NCBI GenBank assembly: GCA_023700255.1
Contig: JAJPRD010000006.1
Span: forward strand, 1-61,386
From: Candidatus Thalassarchaeaceae archaeon
GTDB taxonomy: Archaea > Thermoplasmatota > Poseidoniia > Poseidoniales > Thalassarchaeaceae
Direction of reading: 5' to 3'
DNA: 61,386 nucleotides
The notes under the pieces were generated by a model, which was not told the DNA's origin, searched no databases, and saw only the letters and a list, made by a program, of their open reading frames with translations. Positions 9,682-20,913 of this stretch are shown piece by piece; the first letter of the stretch is position 1, and each line of letters opens with the position of its first letter. A program made the translations under genes and the position numbers.

Positions 9682-12095
9682 TTTAAGCAACCACCTATAG
9701 GACACTTTGAAACAAAATGAAGAGTCAAACTATCAGATTCTTGTGAGATCCAGAACACTCTCCAGGCATCAGTATTATCGTTCAAATCAATATTAATATC
9801 TGCTGAACCATTTGCAAGAATTAAATTCGGGACAGATATGTTTAGAGAATCATCATCCCTTAAATTACTGGATACATCAAGAATCAAAGTTATGTCATTT
9901 TCAACTCTTGAATTAATGGTTAAATCAGAGAATGATAAACCAGAGTCAGTTAAAACTGAACCACCAATATCTAAATCTAGACCCGATATAATAACTCTGG
10001 AGAATGAATTGACAGTATTGCAATTCACTAACCAACCATTCTCTGGGAGTAATATACTCCGGCCATTATAATCCCCATCAACAATAAGTGGATAACCGCT
10101 TGCTAAAGTGAAATTTTCATCGGAATTAGAATCAAGTGTTGGAATCATGTTATTTGATGGACATACTGGAGAACCATATGTGTCTGAAAAAAATATTTCG
10201 CCCGCTTGAATCCCTAGGGGTATACCATCATCAGGTGAGACATAAATTCCAACATAAGAGTCATTAATTGGTAAGTTCCAAAATTTTTTGGTTCCATCAT
10301 CTTGATTGAATTCAACCACAGGAGCCATTCGATAACCACTAATTCCTGAATTACCGATTTCTAATGACTCCCAGCCACCTTTCTCTGAGATTAAGCATAA
10401 TTCATTTACCCCCTGTGAAATAAAATTTGATTCTTCAAACGACCAAAAAGGATTCTCACTAACTGATAAGTTTCCCGATTGATTGCCAATTACTTCAACT
10501 GTATTACAGATTCTAGAATTAGGCATATCTGCATCCCTATACCAAACTGGTCCCGGAGATGTCACTCCATCATATTTAACAGCCAATATGTGCTCTAAAC
10601 GAATACCTTGAGATTCTACAATAAATCTCATTTGGACCGGTGTCATATCACCTGGTTCATTGTCATAAATTGAGAAATTAAATACCCCCGTATTACTCTG
10701 ACTAATATCTTCGAAGTTACAAATTAGTCCCGTAATAAAACATTCAGAATCAACACTCCATCTTTCATTATTACCATCAATTAAAACCTGTATTGAACCA
10801 GATATTGGAATTACTCCCAACGGTTCTAAATTAAAGAGATTAGAACTACCATTCCATTCATCACTCGATAACTCAACATCCCAACTTGTAACATCTAATC
10901 CTCCATCCCATTCTGAAATTTCCTTGACAGGATGTAATCCAGGAAACCCGAATAGCAGGGATGCAACAACAATAGTAGCAAATATATTACGAAATTTAGT
11001 ATCAATACCAGATGCTTCATCAACTACTAAAGCCATAGGTATATGCTCGCCACTGAACCTCCTCCAGGAGGCTAAGGATGCAAGAATTAACCAAGGCCAA
11101 AATGTAGTTTTCAAGAATACTATGCACATCATACCAAGAGTCACTAAGAATATTGAAGTTTCATTTTCACTAGAATCTAAATCCTTGGGGCCTATTAGTG
11201 AATGTAATATGCGATCACCTGGAAAACCGGGTATTGGTAAAAATAGAATCCAACCAATCGTAGATAATCCCATACCTGCAAGGGCTAATGGATGAACCCA
11301 TTGGAGCTTTACTGAAATATCTGAACCAATAAACAGGTTAGCTATTAAATCCGCTATAATATTCAGAGTTAGTGACAGCGGTTCGGAAACTGATTCAGGA
11401 GGAGAGGAAGAAGTTAAGTTAAGTCCAATTAGTGATAATATTGCCCCCGATATCAAGAACACAAATGGCGATGATGATTCGATTATACCTAATGAACGAC
11501 GATTAGGGTAGGGAATTGCATCAACTCTCTTTTGGCCAAAAATTCCAACAATTCCAAATGGCCAAAAAGGAGAAATTAATGGGAATGCGATCGGCACGAG
11601 ATTACCTACATCAACTTCAAAAAATGAGGCAGAGTATTTACGAAGAATATTGGCAAATAAAGCAACTAAGAAAATTGGTATACTAAAATAGATTAATGAC
11701 TCTTGAATTAAATCATATGTGATCAATGAGTCACTTATCTGGAATTGAGATATCCAATAACTACCGGCTAATGTTGTGAATGAAAACATAGTTAGCCAAA
11801 TTAACGACTGTTGCCAAAGAGGGACATTTACAGGATCTACAGGATAACTGATCACGGTTAAAATAGGAGGATTTCCTTCATCTAATAGCCCTAACATACT
11901 TAGTGGCTTTAGATGTTTATTTAATCGGATAAGACATGAACTAATATTTTCATTATCACGGCTATTTATTTCCCAAGACATATCACTAATACTAGACTGA
12001 TTACCTATAACGAAATACCGACCACATATGGTTTCAAGTAACTCTCGCTGATTCCAAGTTTCCTTATCAATTACAATTGATTTTATCTCAGACAT
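9678..12095 (-). CDS. Membrane protein, site-2 protease (M50)-like, lacking catalytic motifs, with large C-terminal extracellular domain
   Basis: PNRRSL and HPLALAG...LPIPGFPGDRIL follow the M50 pattern but HExxH and NxxPxxxxDG are absent; ATG 12095 with GGAGG SD. Confidence 0.65.
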   Translation of the reverse strand: MSEIKSIVIDKETWNQRELLETICGRYFVIGNQSSISDMSWEINSRDNENISSCLIRLNKHLKPLSMLGLLDEGNPPILTVISYPVDPVNVPLWQQSLIWLTMFSFTTLAGSYWISQFQISDSLITYDLIQESLIYFSIPIFLVALFANILRKYSASFFEVDVGNLVPIAFPLISPFWPFGIVGIFGQKRVDAIPYPNRRSLGIIESSSPFVFLISGAILSLIGLNLTSSSPPESVSEPLSLTLNIIADLIANLFIGSDISVKLQWVHPLALAGMGLSTIGWILFLPIPGFPGDRILHSLIGPKDLDSSENETSIFLVTLGMMCIVFLKTTFWPWLILASLASWRRFSGEHIPMALVVDEASGIDTKFRNIFATIVVASLLFGFPGLHPVKEISEWDGGLDVTSWDVELSSDEWNGSSNLFNLEPLGVIPISGSIQVLIDGNNERWSVDSECFITGLICNFEDISQSNTGVFNFSIYDNEPGDMTPVQMRFIVESQGIRLEHILAVKYDGVTSPGPVWYRDADMPNSRICNTVEVIGNQSGNLSVSENPFWSFEESNFISQGVNELCLISEKGGWESLEIGNSGISGYRMAPVVEFNQDDGTKKFWNLPINDSYVGIYVSPDDGIPLGIQAGEIFFSDTYGSPVCPSNNMIPTLDSNSDENFTLASGYPLIVDGDYNGRSILLPENGWLVNCNTVNSFSRVIISGLDLDIGGSVLTDSGLSFSDLTINSRVENDITLILDVSSNLRDDDSLNISVPNLILANGSADINIDLNDNTDAWRVFWISQESDSLTLHFVSKCPIGGCLN

Positions 12096-12183
12096 CGCCA
12101 CCCCTCCTTCGTATTTGATTACTGAACATAGATTACCCCCTATCAAACCGTGTGTGTCGCTATGCGACTAAGGTTTGCATAAG

Positions 12184-12801
12184 TTACTTGTTTTTGAATC
12201 TCTTGAGACGGAAGGTTTCTTCTCTTTCCATCTCTTCCAATCTTAGTTGAATAAATGATTGGGCTTCCTTCATTTCTGGGATAACAACAAATTCGAGAGC
12301 ATTTACACGCCTTTTAGTCGCTTCAATCTCTTCAAGAAGTCGCTTCAAAGTAGCTTCCATTTCTGCGGCTTTCACGATTTTAGAAATTAATACAGAATAT
12401 GAATCAGCTGATTCATCAATATAAGGTGAACCGCCGATTATTCCAGTCGGCCTCGTTTCAACAGTTGTTGTAAGATTTGTACCATCTACTTTCGGAACCA
12501 CTACACCCATGATATTCCTTCTAGATACCATTACTTCTGGACCAGAGGTTGCTGCAATTGCTGCACTTTTAACCGCTAACCCACCTTCTATAGATGATGC
12601 TAAAGCAATTGACTTAACTGCATCACGATATGTCCCTACAAGCTCCTCTCTAGCTTTAATCATCTCTGCTAATAATGTACGGAATTCGAAAAATAAACCA
12701 TCTCTTTTCATTTTTAGAAGATTATAACCACTTGATGTTTGTTTAATCCTACGTTTCAGATTAATTAGTTCTGAGCGGGTAGGCTTGATATCTAGTGCCA
12801 T
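12184..12801 (-). CDS. atpD: A/V-type ATP synthase subunit D
   Basis: KPTRSEL, LLKMKRD, KRRVNALE; SD GGAGGTGA before ATG 12801. Confidence 0.96.
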   Translation of the reverse strand: MALDIKPTRSELINLKRRIKQTSSGYNLLKMKRDGLFFEFRTLLAEMIKAREELVGTYRDAVKSIALASSIEGGLAVKSAAIAATSGPEVMVSRRNIMGVVVPKVDGTNLTTTVETRPTGIIGGSPYIDESADSYSVLISKIVKAAEMEATLKRLLEEIEATKRRVNALEFVVIPEMKEAQSFIQLRLEEMEREETFRLKRFKNK

Positions 12802-12805
12802 ATTT

Positions 12806-12815
12806 CTCACCTCCT
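12806..12815 (-). promoter_or_regulatory. Shine-Dalgarno site (AGGAGGTGAG) of atpD
   Basis: Full anti-16S match just upstream of the ATG; similar GAGGTG/AGGTGA sites precede other atp genes. Confidence 0.75.
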
Positions 12816-12837
12816 AACTATAATTCCCTAAATTGAC

Positions 12838-14223
12838 TCATTCTTTTTTATCAGTTGGATGATATTTATCAATCCACTTCTGATCTAAACGTACAAGATA
12901 TTTTGTATCGATATTTGAGAGTAGTTCCCATGCTAAATCAAGAGTTCCTTCTTGAACTGGACGATCTTCATCACGACTTTGTCTCAGGAACTTATCCTCA
13001 AATATATCAGAGAATTTAAGCAGCTGTAAATCACGTTCATTTAGAGCATCTTCACCCACAATCGCCACTAAACCACGTAATTCTCTTCCCTGAGCATATG
13101 CTGCGTAAAGTTGATCCGATACTGATTTATGGTCTTCACGGGTTTTACCATCACCAATACCTGCATTCATAAGCCTAGATAGAGATGGTAGTACATTAAT
13201 CGGAGGATAAATTCCTTTCTGATGAAGCTCACGAGAAATTACTATCTGTCCTTCAGTGATGTATCCTGAAAGATCAGGAATAGGATGAGTAATATCATCA
13301 CCAGGCATTGTCAATATCGGGAATTGAGTGATAGAACCTTTCTTTCCTTTTATTATCCCTGCGCGCTCATATAACATTGCTAAATCCGTATACATGTATC
13401 CTGGATAACCTCTACGACCTGGTACTTCTTCACGAGCAGCACCAATTTGACGTAATGATTCACAATAGTTAGTCATGTCCGTATAGATAACCAATACGTG
13501 ATAATCTTTCTCAAATGCAAGATATTCAGCAGCAGTAAGAGCTAATCGTGGAGTAATTAATCTCTCAACCGCTGGGTCATCTGCAAGGTTAACGAAAAGA
13601 CAAGCGTTCTCTAGAGCGCCAGTTCTCTCTAAATCATGCACGAAGAAATTATATTCTTCAGCTGTAATACCCATTGCACAGAAAACTACTACGAAGTCAT
13701 CATCGCTGTCAACTAGTTTAGCTTGCCTAGCGATTTGTAATGCAATGTCATTGTGAGGAAGTCCTGAAGCACTAAAGATAGGTAATTTCTGTCCTCTAAC
13801 TAATGATGTACAAGCATCAATTGCAGATATCCCGGTTTGAATAAATGTATCAGGGCTCTGGCGCGAATAAGGGTTAATAGCTGCACCAATGATGTCAGCC
13901 ATTTCATCTGCCACAATAGCAGGTCCACCGTCTCTTGGACGGCCTGCGCCATCAAGAATTCGTCCAATCATATCTGTGCTAACAGGTAATTTGAATACAT
14001 CCCCAAGGAATTTTATCCCTGTTTGCCTATCTATTGAAGCAGTACCTTCGAAAACCTGGACAATAACCTGATCATCAGATGTATCTAGGACTTGTCCATT
14101 CTTCAAAGTACCATCAGTAAGTCGTAATTCTACGATTTCTCCAAAAGCAACAGGTTCGGTTTTATTAAGGAACACAAGAGGTCCCTTTACGTCAGTGATT
14201 GTTCTATATTCTTTTCCAGTCAT
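12838..14223 (-). CDS. atpB: A/V-type ATP synthase subunit B
   Basis: [29 protein letters not shown]. Confidence 0.98.
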   Translation of the reverse strand: MTGKEYRTITDVKGPLVFLNKTEPVAFGEIVELRLTDGTLKNGQVLDTSDDQVIVQVFEGTASIDRQTGIKFLGDVFKLPVSTDMIGRILDGAGRPRDGGPAIVADEMADIIGAAINPYSRQSPDTFIQTGISAIDACTSLVRGQKLPIFSASGLPHNDIALQIARQAKLVDSDDDFVVVFCAMGITAEEYNFFVHDLERTGALENACLFVNLADDPAVERLITPRLALTAAEYLAFEKDYHVLVIYTDMTNYCESLRQIGAAREEVPGRRGYPGYMYTDLAMLYERAGIIKGKKGSITQFPILTMPGDDITHPIPDLSGYITEGQIVISRELHQKGIYPPINVLPSLSRLMNAGIGDGKTREDHKSVSDQLYAAYAQGRELRGLVAIVGEDALNERDLQLLKFSDIFEDKFLRQSRDEDRPVQEGTLDLAWELLSNIDTKYLVRLDQKWIDKYHPTDKKE

Positions 14224-14235
14224 TTATACCACCTC

Positions 14236-15978
14236 TCAGTTATCCTCCATAGTCTCGGCAATTTGTTTTTTCATAGTTTCTACCATTTTATCGATTTTAC
14301 CATCATAACCCGATTCGAACCTTCCTCTCATGAGATCAGTACGTGCTGGCACGTTAACTACATCCTCAAGAGAAGCGCCTCCTGCAAGGGCTTTCTTTGA
14401 TTCTTCCTGGAATGTAAGAATAGCATTAGCCATAGTGTACTGGAGTTTTAAGTCAGTATACGTATCTACATCATGGAATGCATTTTGTTGGAGGAAAAAT
14501 TCTCTAATCATACGAGCTACTTCTAGAGTCAGCTGTTGGTCAACTGGCAAAGCATCTGAACCAACTAATTGAACAATCTCTTGTAACTCTGCTTCGACTT
14601 GAAGTAAAGCACTAATCTCAGTTCTGATTTCAGGGAAATTACTATTGATGTTATCCCTATACCATTGATCAAGCGAAGGAGGATAAAGTGAATAAGAGTT
14701 TAGCCAATTAATTGCTGGGAAATGCCTTTGTCTTGCAAGACCTGCATCTAGACCCCAGAATACTTTAACGATACGTAAAGTTCCTTGACTAACTGGTTCT
14801 GAAATATCCCCACCGGGTGGTGATACTGCACCAATTACTGATACTGAACCATCGCCTCCTGCAAGAGTTTCAACACGACCTGCTCTTTCATAGAATTCTG
14901 CAAGACGGCTGGAAAGATATGCTGGATAACCTTCCTCACCTGGCATCTCTTCTAGACGAGAGGATATTTCTCTCATTGCTTCAGCCCAGCGACTAGTTGA
15001 ATCTGCCATTAGAGCCACATCATAGCCCATATCTCTGAAATATTCAGCAATTGTAATCCCAGTATATACTGAAGCTTCTCTTGCTGCAACAGGCATATTT
15101 GAGGTGTTAGCAATCATAGTAGTTCGATTCATCAAAGCCTCTCCTGTTTTAGGATCCATAAGATGAGGGAATTCATCGAGAACTTCAGTCATTTCATTAC
15201 CACGCTCACCGCATCCAATGTAAACAACAATATCTGCATCTGACCATTTAGCCAGTTGCTGCTGAGTTACTGTTTTCCCTGAGCCGAATGGACCAGGAAT
15301 TCCAGCAGTTCCACCCTTAGCAAGTGGGAAAAGGAAATCTAAAATCCGTTGACCTGTTTGCAAAGGAACCTCTGGAGCATGCTTCTTCGTGAATGGACGA
15401 GGTGTTCGGACGGGCCATTTTTGCATCATCTGAACTTCAGTACCATCTTCGAATGTACAAACAGTTTGAGTTACATTAAATTCCCCAGAATTAATACTCT
15501 TAATCACGCCGGAAGTCCCAGGAGGAACCATAACTCTATGTTCAATAGTTTTGGTTTCTTGGACTGTCCCAAGAATATTACCAGAAGATACTGAATCCCC
15601 TACCTTAGCTGTTGCATTAAAGGCCCAAATTTTTTCTAAATCAAGTCCGTCAGCATCAACTCCTCTTTTGATGAAAACTCCCATAGTCTTCTCAAGTTCA
15701 GGTAAAGGTCTCTGAATACCATCATAGATTTTTGTCAAAAGACCAGGGCCTAGTTGAACAGACAAAGTCTGCCCAGTTCTAATAACTGGTTCACCAGGTC
15801 TAACTCCTGAAGTTTCTTCATATACCTGTATAACAGATTGGTCGCCGTGTAATTCAATGACTTCTCCCATCAAACCTTCGTCACCAACTCGTACAACTTC
15901 ATACATTCGTGGCGATATGCCTACTGCGGTTACAACTGGTCCAGAGATGCGATAAATCACTCCATTTTCTTCACTCAT
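14236..15978 (-). CDS. atpA: A/V-type ATP synthase subunit A (no intein)
   Basis: [23 protein letters not shown]. Confidence 0.98.
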   Translation of the reverse strand: MSEENGVIYRISGPVVTAVGISPRMYEVVRVGDEGLMGEVIELHGDQSVIQVYEETSGVRPGEPVIRTGQTLSVQLGPGLLTKIYDGIQRPLPELEKTMGVFIKRGVDADGLDLEKIWAFNATAKVGDSVSSGNILGTVQETKTIEHRVMVPPGTSGVIKSINSGEFNVTQTVCTFEDGTEVQMMQKWPVRTPRPFTKKHAPEVPLQTGQRILDFLFPLAKGGTAGIPGPFGSGKTVTQQQLAKWSDADIVVYIGCGERGNEMTEVLDEFPHLMDPKTGEALMNRTTMIANTSNMPVAAREASVYTGITIAEYFRDMGYDVALMADSTSRWAEAMREISSRLEEMPGEEGYPAYLSSRLAEFYERAGRVETLAGGDGSVSVIGAVSPPGGDISEPVSQGTLRIVKVFWGLDAGLARQRHFPAINWLNSYSLYPPSLDQWYRDNINSNFPEIRTEISALLQVEAELQEIVQLVGSDALPVDQQLTLEVARMIREFFLQQNAFHDVDTYTDLKLQYTMANAILTFQEESKKALAGGASLEDVVNVPARTDLMRGRFESGYDGKIDKMVETMKKQIAETMEDN

Positions 15979-16012
15979 ATTTAATTCACTTCCTTTTATT
16001 TTTTTCTAGGAT

Positions 16013-16321
16013 TTACTTCCACAAATCGACTCCTAGTGCCGACTTGATGGACTCTCGGAGGGTATTATCCTCTTCGGTCCCAATACCCAATACTGTGGGC
16101 GTGATACTTTCAGAAAGTTGTGTTCGCAATCTTTCTGGTAGACTTAATAGATCAGAATTATCAATTACAATAACTCCAACTTCTTTTTCATTTAATAGAG
16201 ACTTCATTGTTGAAGTTAATTCTTCTAGGTTTTCTGGATTATGTAATCTCAAAATTCCTGCAAGTTGGAAACCGAGGGTGAAATCAAGAGAACCTACTAC
16301 AGCTATTTCCATATTATTCAC
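16013..16321 (-). CDS. atpF: A/V-type ATP synthase subunit F
   Basis: IAVVG, GFQLAG, ALGVDL; operon position. Confidence 0.93.
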   Translation of the reverse strand: MNNMEIAVVGSLDFTLGFQLAGILRLHNPENLEELTSTMKSLLNEKEVGVIVIDNSDLLSLPERLRTQLSESITPTVLGIGTEEDNTLRESIKSALGVDLWK

Positions 16322-16322
16322 C

Positions 16323-17378
16323 TCAAAAATCCATATGCGCTTCTAAAACCTCTGAAGTGAGGCCAATCGTCTTCCCGCGCACAAGAAGACGTAGATTTTG
16401 AATTTCAAGCACTTTTCGCTCGATATAGTAAATTACGGGGAATGATGAAACTGGGTTGAGATACGCGAAACGCCTTAACATTGCGTGCCTTTTATGAGTC
16501 AGTAAAGATGCTATAGGATCTAGTGAGCCAGTTATATTCGACTGTTCTAGTGCTTCATCAAATCCTTCATCATCAAATGAATTACTACGTCGAAGAGAAT
16601 CGATTATTGCTTCTTGAGATGTTGCTTGAGATACCTGTGCCATCACTGAATCTTGAATTCTTCCACCCTGAATAACCGTCTGTAAACGTTTGTCTGGAGA
16701 AATATTCTGACGTAGTTCACGGAATTGATTAATTATATTACGATGATCGATTTCAGTTCTGATATACTTCATCAGATGGATACTAGAATCTCTTCCTTTA
16801 GATACTTTCAACGCATGACCGTAATATTGTCTGTCTAATGCATCTTCCATCTCTTCAAGTGTAGCTTCAGAACCTTCTAATTTTGCTAATTCCTTACCCC
16901 AAGGAGTACCTGACATAGCATTAGCAGCCTCAGCTACTGTCTCAGTAGTTCTAACAATTTCAAGCCATATTGAATTCATAGGATTCTCTGAAGGAAGTAT
17001 CTGAGATTCGATTAATTCATCAGAACAACCTCCATTCACTGCTCGAAGAACTGTCTTAGCCTTCTCATAAGCGAAACGATCAACATAAACCGAAACTATC
17101 GATTTAAGTGGCCCTTGGCAGAACCTCATTACTTCAGATAAGTCATTATCAAGATTGTGGAAAAGAGCTGCTTCTACAGCATCAGCTCCACTCATACGAG
17201 CTGAATAAATATCCATCTCATTTCGATATCCTAACTCACTGATACTTGCACCTATAGATTCCGGACCTAATTGCAATAATTGCCGCATACGAGTTGAATC
17301 GATCAGGGAGGCCTTACGAGCTTTAGCGCGAGCTGAAGCATTGTAAATATTCGAACGACCACTTACTACCCCTGACAT
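16323..17378 (-). CDS. atpC: A/V-type ATP synthase subunit C
   Basis: Y..ARAKA, EIDHRN, EIQNLRLL; operon position. Confidence 0.9.
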   Translation of the reverse strand: MSGVVSGRSNIYNASARAKARKASLIDSTRMRQLLQLGPESIGASISELGYRNEMDIYSARMSGADAVEAALFHNLDNDLSEVMRFCQGPLKSIVSVYVDRFAYEKAKTVLRAVNGGCSDELIESQILPSENPMNSIWLEIVRTTETVAEAANAMSGTPWGKELAKLEGSEATLEEMEDALDRQYYGHALKVSKGRDSSIHLMKYIRTEIDHRNIINQFRELRQNISPDKRLQTVIQGGRIQDSVMAQVSQATSQEAIIDSLRRSNSFDDEGFDEALEQSNITGSLDPIASLLTHKRHAMLRRFAYLNPVSSFPVIYYIERKVLEIQNLRLLVRGKTIGLTSEVLEAHMDF

Positions 17379-17389
17379 ATATTCACCTT

Positions 17390-17947
17390 TTAATTACCAA
17401 ATAATGTTTTATTTACAGTGCCAAGATTAGATTTCCAAGCTTCTTCTAAACGACTATCAAAACGATAGTCAAGTACTATTGAACCGTCTTTAGATTCGAG
17501 GACAAATCCCCCCAACCCATCAACGTCATCACCGAGAGTAAAACTCCCGTTGTCAAGCGCTTTGCGGTCAGTCGAAACTGGGCGGAGAATCATGTCCTTC
17601 CCAGATTTACTTGCTTCAGCTAAAAGTGTATTCAAAATATCTGAACGACCATCAAGGTCGGACGCTGATACTGATGCACGTATTGACTCCCAAGTTTCAT
17701 CTAATTCCTCGCGTTTAGCAATTAAAAGATGTTTCTGGTTAGCCTGTTTAGCTGATGCAACTACTTCTACTGACAACTGGGCGCTCTCTCGCTTAGCACG
17801 AGCTTTAGCTTTAGAGGATAAAGAGGAAGCTTCTGCTGTCGCCTCATCCTCAATTTGCTTTGCTTGTTGCTTAGCGGTAGCGATAATCGCTTCGGCTTCA
17901 GCTTTCGCTTGGGCCGCGATTTCGTTTGCTAATGCATCCAATGTCAT
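17390..17947 (-). CDS. atpE: A/V-type ATP synthase subunit E
   Basis: N-terminal coiled coil, GGFVLES...DYRFD; operon position. Confidence 0.9.
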   Translation of the reverse strand: MTLDALANEIAAQAKAEAEAIIATAKQQAKQIEDEATAEASSLSSKAKARAKRESAQLSVEVVASAKQANQKHLLIAKREELDETWESIRASVSASDLDGRSDILNTLLAEASKSGKDMILRPVSTDRKALDNGSFTLGDDVDGLGGFVLESKDGSIVLDYRFDSRLEEAWKSNLGTVNKTLFGN

Positions 17948-18002
17948 TTCATTACACCTCGTATTTCAATTAATAATTTATAGAAAACCTACAAAATTCT
18001 GC

Positions 18003-18305
18003 TCAGAGCAAGAATAGTGCAAGGAATCCGAAAAGTACGATGGTCTCAGGTAAAGCTGTGAAGATTAGTCCGTTAACGAACTTACTACTATCTTCTGCGA
18101 TCATTCCTACAGCTGCTGCACCAATCGGTCCTTGGCTCAGGCCAGTTCCGATTCCTGCTAAACCTAGGGCGATACCTGCACCTATTTTTGCGTATGCTTC
18201 TACTGTTTGTTCGTTTGCTTCTGCCTGCACGCTACTAGCGATCATTACAACTGATGATAATGCTAGCAACATACTTAGTCCACTCATTTTATTTCTGTTA
18301 TTCAT
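18003..18305 (-). CDS. atpK: A/V-type ATP synthase proteolipid subunit K/c with N-terminal presequence
   Basis: Gly-rich hairpin, PETIVLFG carrying the essential Glu; signal-like N-terminus; GGAGG SD. Confidence 0.95.
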   Translation of the reverse strand: MNNRNKMSGLSMLLALSSVVMIASSVQAEANEQTVEAYAKIGAGIALGLAGIGTGLSQGPIGAAAVGMIAEDSSKFVNGLIFTALPETIVLFGFLALFLL

Positions 18306-18355
18306 ATTTTTTTCCTCCAATTTTTTTTCTAAGCATTATAGCTTGGAATGTGATA

Positions 18356-20440
18356 TCACTCAACCTCCACGTGGCGAGTGCGGAAACCAAAAGGTAAGAA
18401 TACCTCTCCGCTAGAATCGTAATATTGCCTCATCCATTCTACGAAATGAAGCCTTGCTGCATGAATATTGGGGCTAAATACTCCAAGACCCCATGCAAAT
18501 AATTGAACTAGTAACCAACCAACAAAGAAAACTGGGAATAATAAAATATCCACACTACCAGTATCTGCAAGAGTATCTTTCATAGGATCCCACAACATAT
18601 TTCCTGTTTCAGCTATCTTAACTCCCACAATACCAACTGCGAAAAGACGCACGTAAGAAATTACTGAAGGCATCATTCCAATAGCCTCGATTGGGGCCAA
18701 AATTAAACTTATAGCGAGAGGTATGCCATGATAGTTATACAGAGTCCATATTAGAAGGACTACTGCTGATAAAGCGATTATTGCACCCGGTAGCATCATT
18801 GATTCAGCCTCATCTGGACCAAGATAACCGTATGAGAACATGAATCCGCCGATGAGTAATACAATCCATACACCATGCTCAAAAAATGCTGCTAATAAAC
18901 CAACGTGGCCATGATCAGTACCATAGAACAAAACATCCCTAAATCCAATTAATCTACCGAATATAATATGGATAAATCCTAGATAGATTGTCAGTATTAT
19001 TAAATCTTCGAGATTAGTTGTAACGCGATGGAAAGGATAAGCCAATTCAATACCGAATGGTAGTGATTTATGCCAAGCATGATAATTATTAGATGAGGAT
19101 AAAGCGGCATCAGGATACAAGAAAGAAAGAGCTTCAGCAGGATTATGGTGATGAGGATGAATTATCTCCCACCCTGCGAATTCAGCGTAAAGATAACCAA
19201 ATCCAAAGGTCCCTATTCCTATGTAGATGAGGAATTTCCCACCTAAGTTCATCATTTCATTCGAACCTGCACGGCTCATAATAAGCGCGCCAAGAGATAT
19301 AGTAATCAGACCATACGCCATATCTCCAAGCATCATTCCAAAGAATATTGGATATGTCACAAACATGAATAAAGTAGGATCAATTCTACCGTATGCTGGT
19401 CTTCCTACTGCATCAGTCAGCAATTCCATTGGTTTGCTGATTTTTCTATTTTGATATGAAATAGGAGGCATTTCTTGATGGTGAGAATGGTCAGAATGTC
19501 CATGACCTCCACCACCTGCCTTCATTACGAACGGGGATACCTCGGTATACAGGCAAGATTCTGAAAGCGCAGATTGTATCTCCTCTGAACGAGACATTTC
19601 AATCCAACCATCGATAAAGAATGCATGTTCAGAAACTGCAACTTTAACTGGCGCAGTTAAGACATCATGCTCCCTTTCTAATAATTCTAAACCACATACT
19701 AGAGATGACCCGAATTCACTAGTCCACGAATCTATTTCCATAGATAATGATGATTTTTCAGCCGATAAAGAACTTATTTGCTCACGGACTTCAGATAATA
19801 ACTGAATAGCATTTCCTTGGAGGTTAGTTGGGACATTAATCGCTTGGAAACCAGATTCATTCAGTAGAGATTGAGTGTCATTAGAATCACTATTTCTTAC
19901 AAAGACTGCGATTACTTTTGTTTTATTGGATAACCCATCAAAGAAAAGACTGTCAGAGGTTATCTTTTCGGCTATATCTAAATCAGTAACGGTTCCAACG
20001 AATGAAGAAAGTTCGGAGTAACCGAACAATAACTCTACATCCAAAGTAAGAGATGAAAGTAATTCAAGAACATCTGCTTCCTCTGACAAAGATGACAAAC
20101 GATTTTCTACAGTATCAAGTTGCGTACTTTTCTCAAGTAAAGATTCTACTGCACCTGGTAATGAACCATCGAGCTCTGAGCGAACCTTACTAGCAGACAC
20201 AGGTTTTTGAGGACCAGAAACATCAACAAGAGATGCAGCAGAACGTAGTTTCGACAAACTCTTACCTACAGTTTCTGCCTCTTCTTTGGGAGTACCTAAA
20301 CTAAATCCATCATCTGAGCCATCGTATTCAATAAAATGCAAGGCATTCAGTGCAGCTAAAGTGTCGATTACTCCATCGATCATGTCTTTACTGCCAGCAG
20401 CGAGTAAACGACCCATCTGCTGTGTATTAATTTGAGACAT
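18356..20440 (-). CDS. atpI: A/V-type ATP synthase subunit I/a
   Basis: IDPT, FFGMMLGD.AYG, SYVRLFA, RLHFVEW. Confidence 0.95.
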   Translation of the reverse strand: MSQINTQQMGRLLAAGSKDMIDGVIDTLAALNALHFIEYDGSDDGFSLGTPKEEAETVGKSLSKLRSAASLVDVSGPQKPVSASKVRSELDGSLPGAVESLLEKSTQLDTVENRLSSLSEEADVLELLSSLTLDVELLFGYSELSSFVGTVTDLDIAEKITSDSLFFDGLSNKTKVIAVFVRNSDSNDTQSLLNESGFQAINVPTNLQGNAIQLLSEVREQISSLSAEKSSLSMEIDSWTSEFGSSLVCGLELLEREHDVLTAPVKVAVSEHAFFIDGWIEMSRSEEIQSALSESCLYTEVSPFVMKAGGGGHGHSDHSHHQEMPPISYQNRKISKPMELLTDAVGRPAYGRIDPTLFMFVTYPIFFGMMLGDMAYGLITISLGALIMSRAGSNEMMNLGGKFLIYIGIGTFGFGYLYAEFAGWEIIHPHHHNPAEALSFLYPDAALSSSNNYHAWHKSLPFGIELAYPFHRVTTNLEDLIILTIYLGFIHIIFGRLIGFRDVLFYGTDHGHVGLLAAFFEHGVWIVLLIGGFMFSYGYLGPDEAESMMLPGAIIALSAVVLLIWTLYNYHGIPLAISLILAPIEAIGMMPSVISYVRLFAVGIVGVKIAETGNMLWDPMKDTLADTGSVDILLFPVFFVGWLLVQLFAWGLGVFSPNIHAARLHFVEWMRQYYDSSGEVFLPFGFRTRHVEVE

Positions 20441-20461
20441 GATTTTAACCCCCAATTAAAA

Positions 20462-20776
20462 TTAATTTCTAAATGCATCTAATACGGCTTTGACAGCCTT
20501 GTCACGGTTTTTATTACCGGATTTGTGAATGTTTTTTTGGGCTAGATGACCATCGCTTGAAACCGTATCTGCTTCGGAGCCAGCAATTGTACGAGCATCT
20601 GAGATCAATCCTTGAGACTCTGAATCAGAATTTGAACGGCCGGATACTAAAATTTCAGATGCATTTTGTCTAGATTGTGAAATTATTGACGATGCTTCTT
20701 TTTTGGCATCCGATAGAGTCTCAGTTGCCGCAATCTCTGCATTTTTTATTGCACGTAGAACATCTTCCCTAGCCAT
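20462..20776 (-). CDS. atpH: A/V-type ATP synthase subunit H/G
   Basis: Small helical protein, first gene of the atp operon. Confidence 0.8.
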   Translation of the reverse strand: MAREDVLRAIKNAEIAATETLSDAKKEASSIISQSRQNASEILVSGRSNSDSESQGLISDARTIAGSEADTVSSDGHLAQKNIHKSGNKNRDKAVKAVLDAFRN

Positions 20777-20913
20777 AATCAGCACCTGAATATTATTGTC
20801 GACCTAAAATAAGTATATGATAATAACCGATGGGCGGCCTAAACTGCATCAAGACAATACTTCTGACATTAACATCAGTACTTACCAAATACCTGTATCT
20901 TTCGCGACATAAT

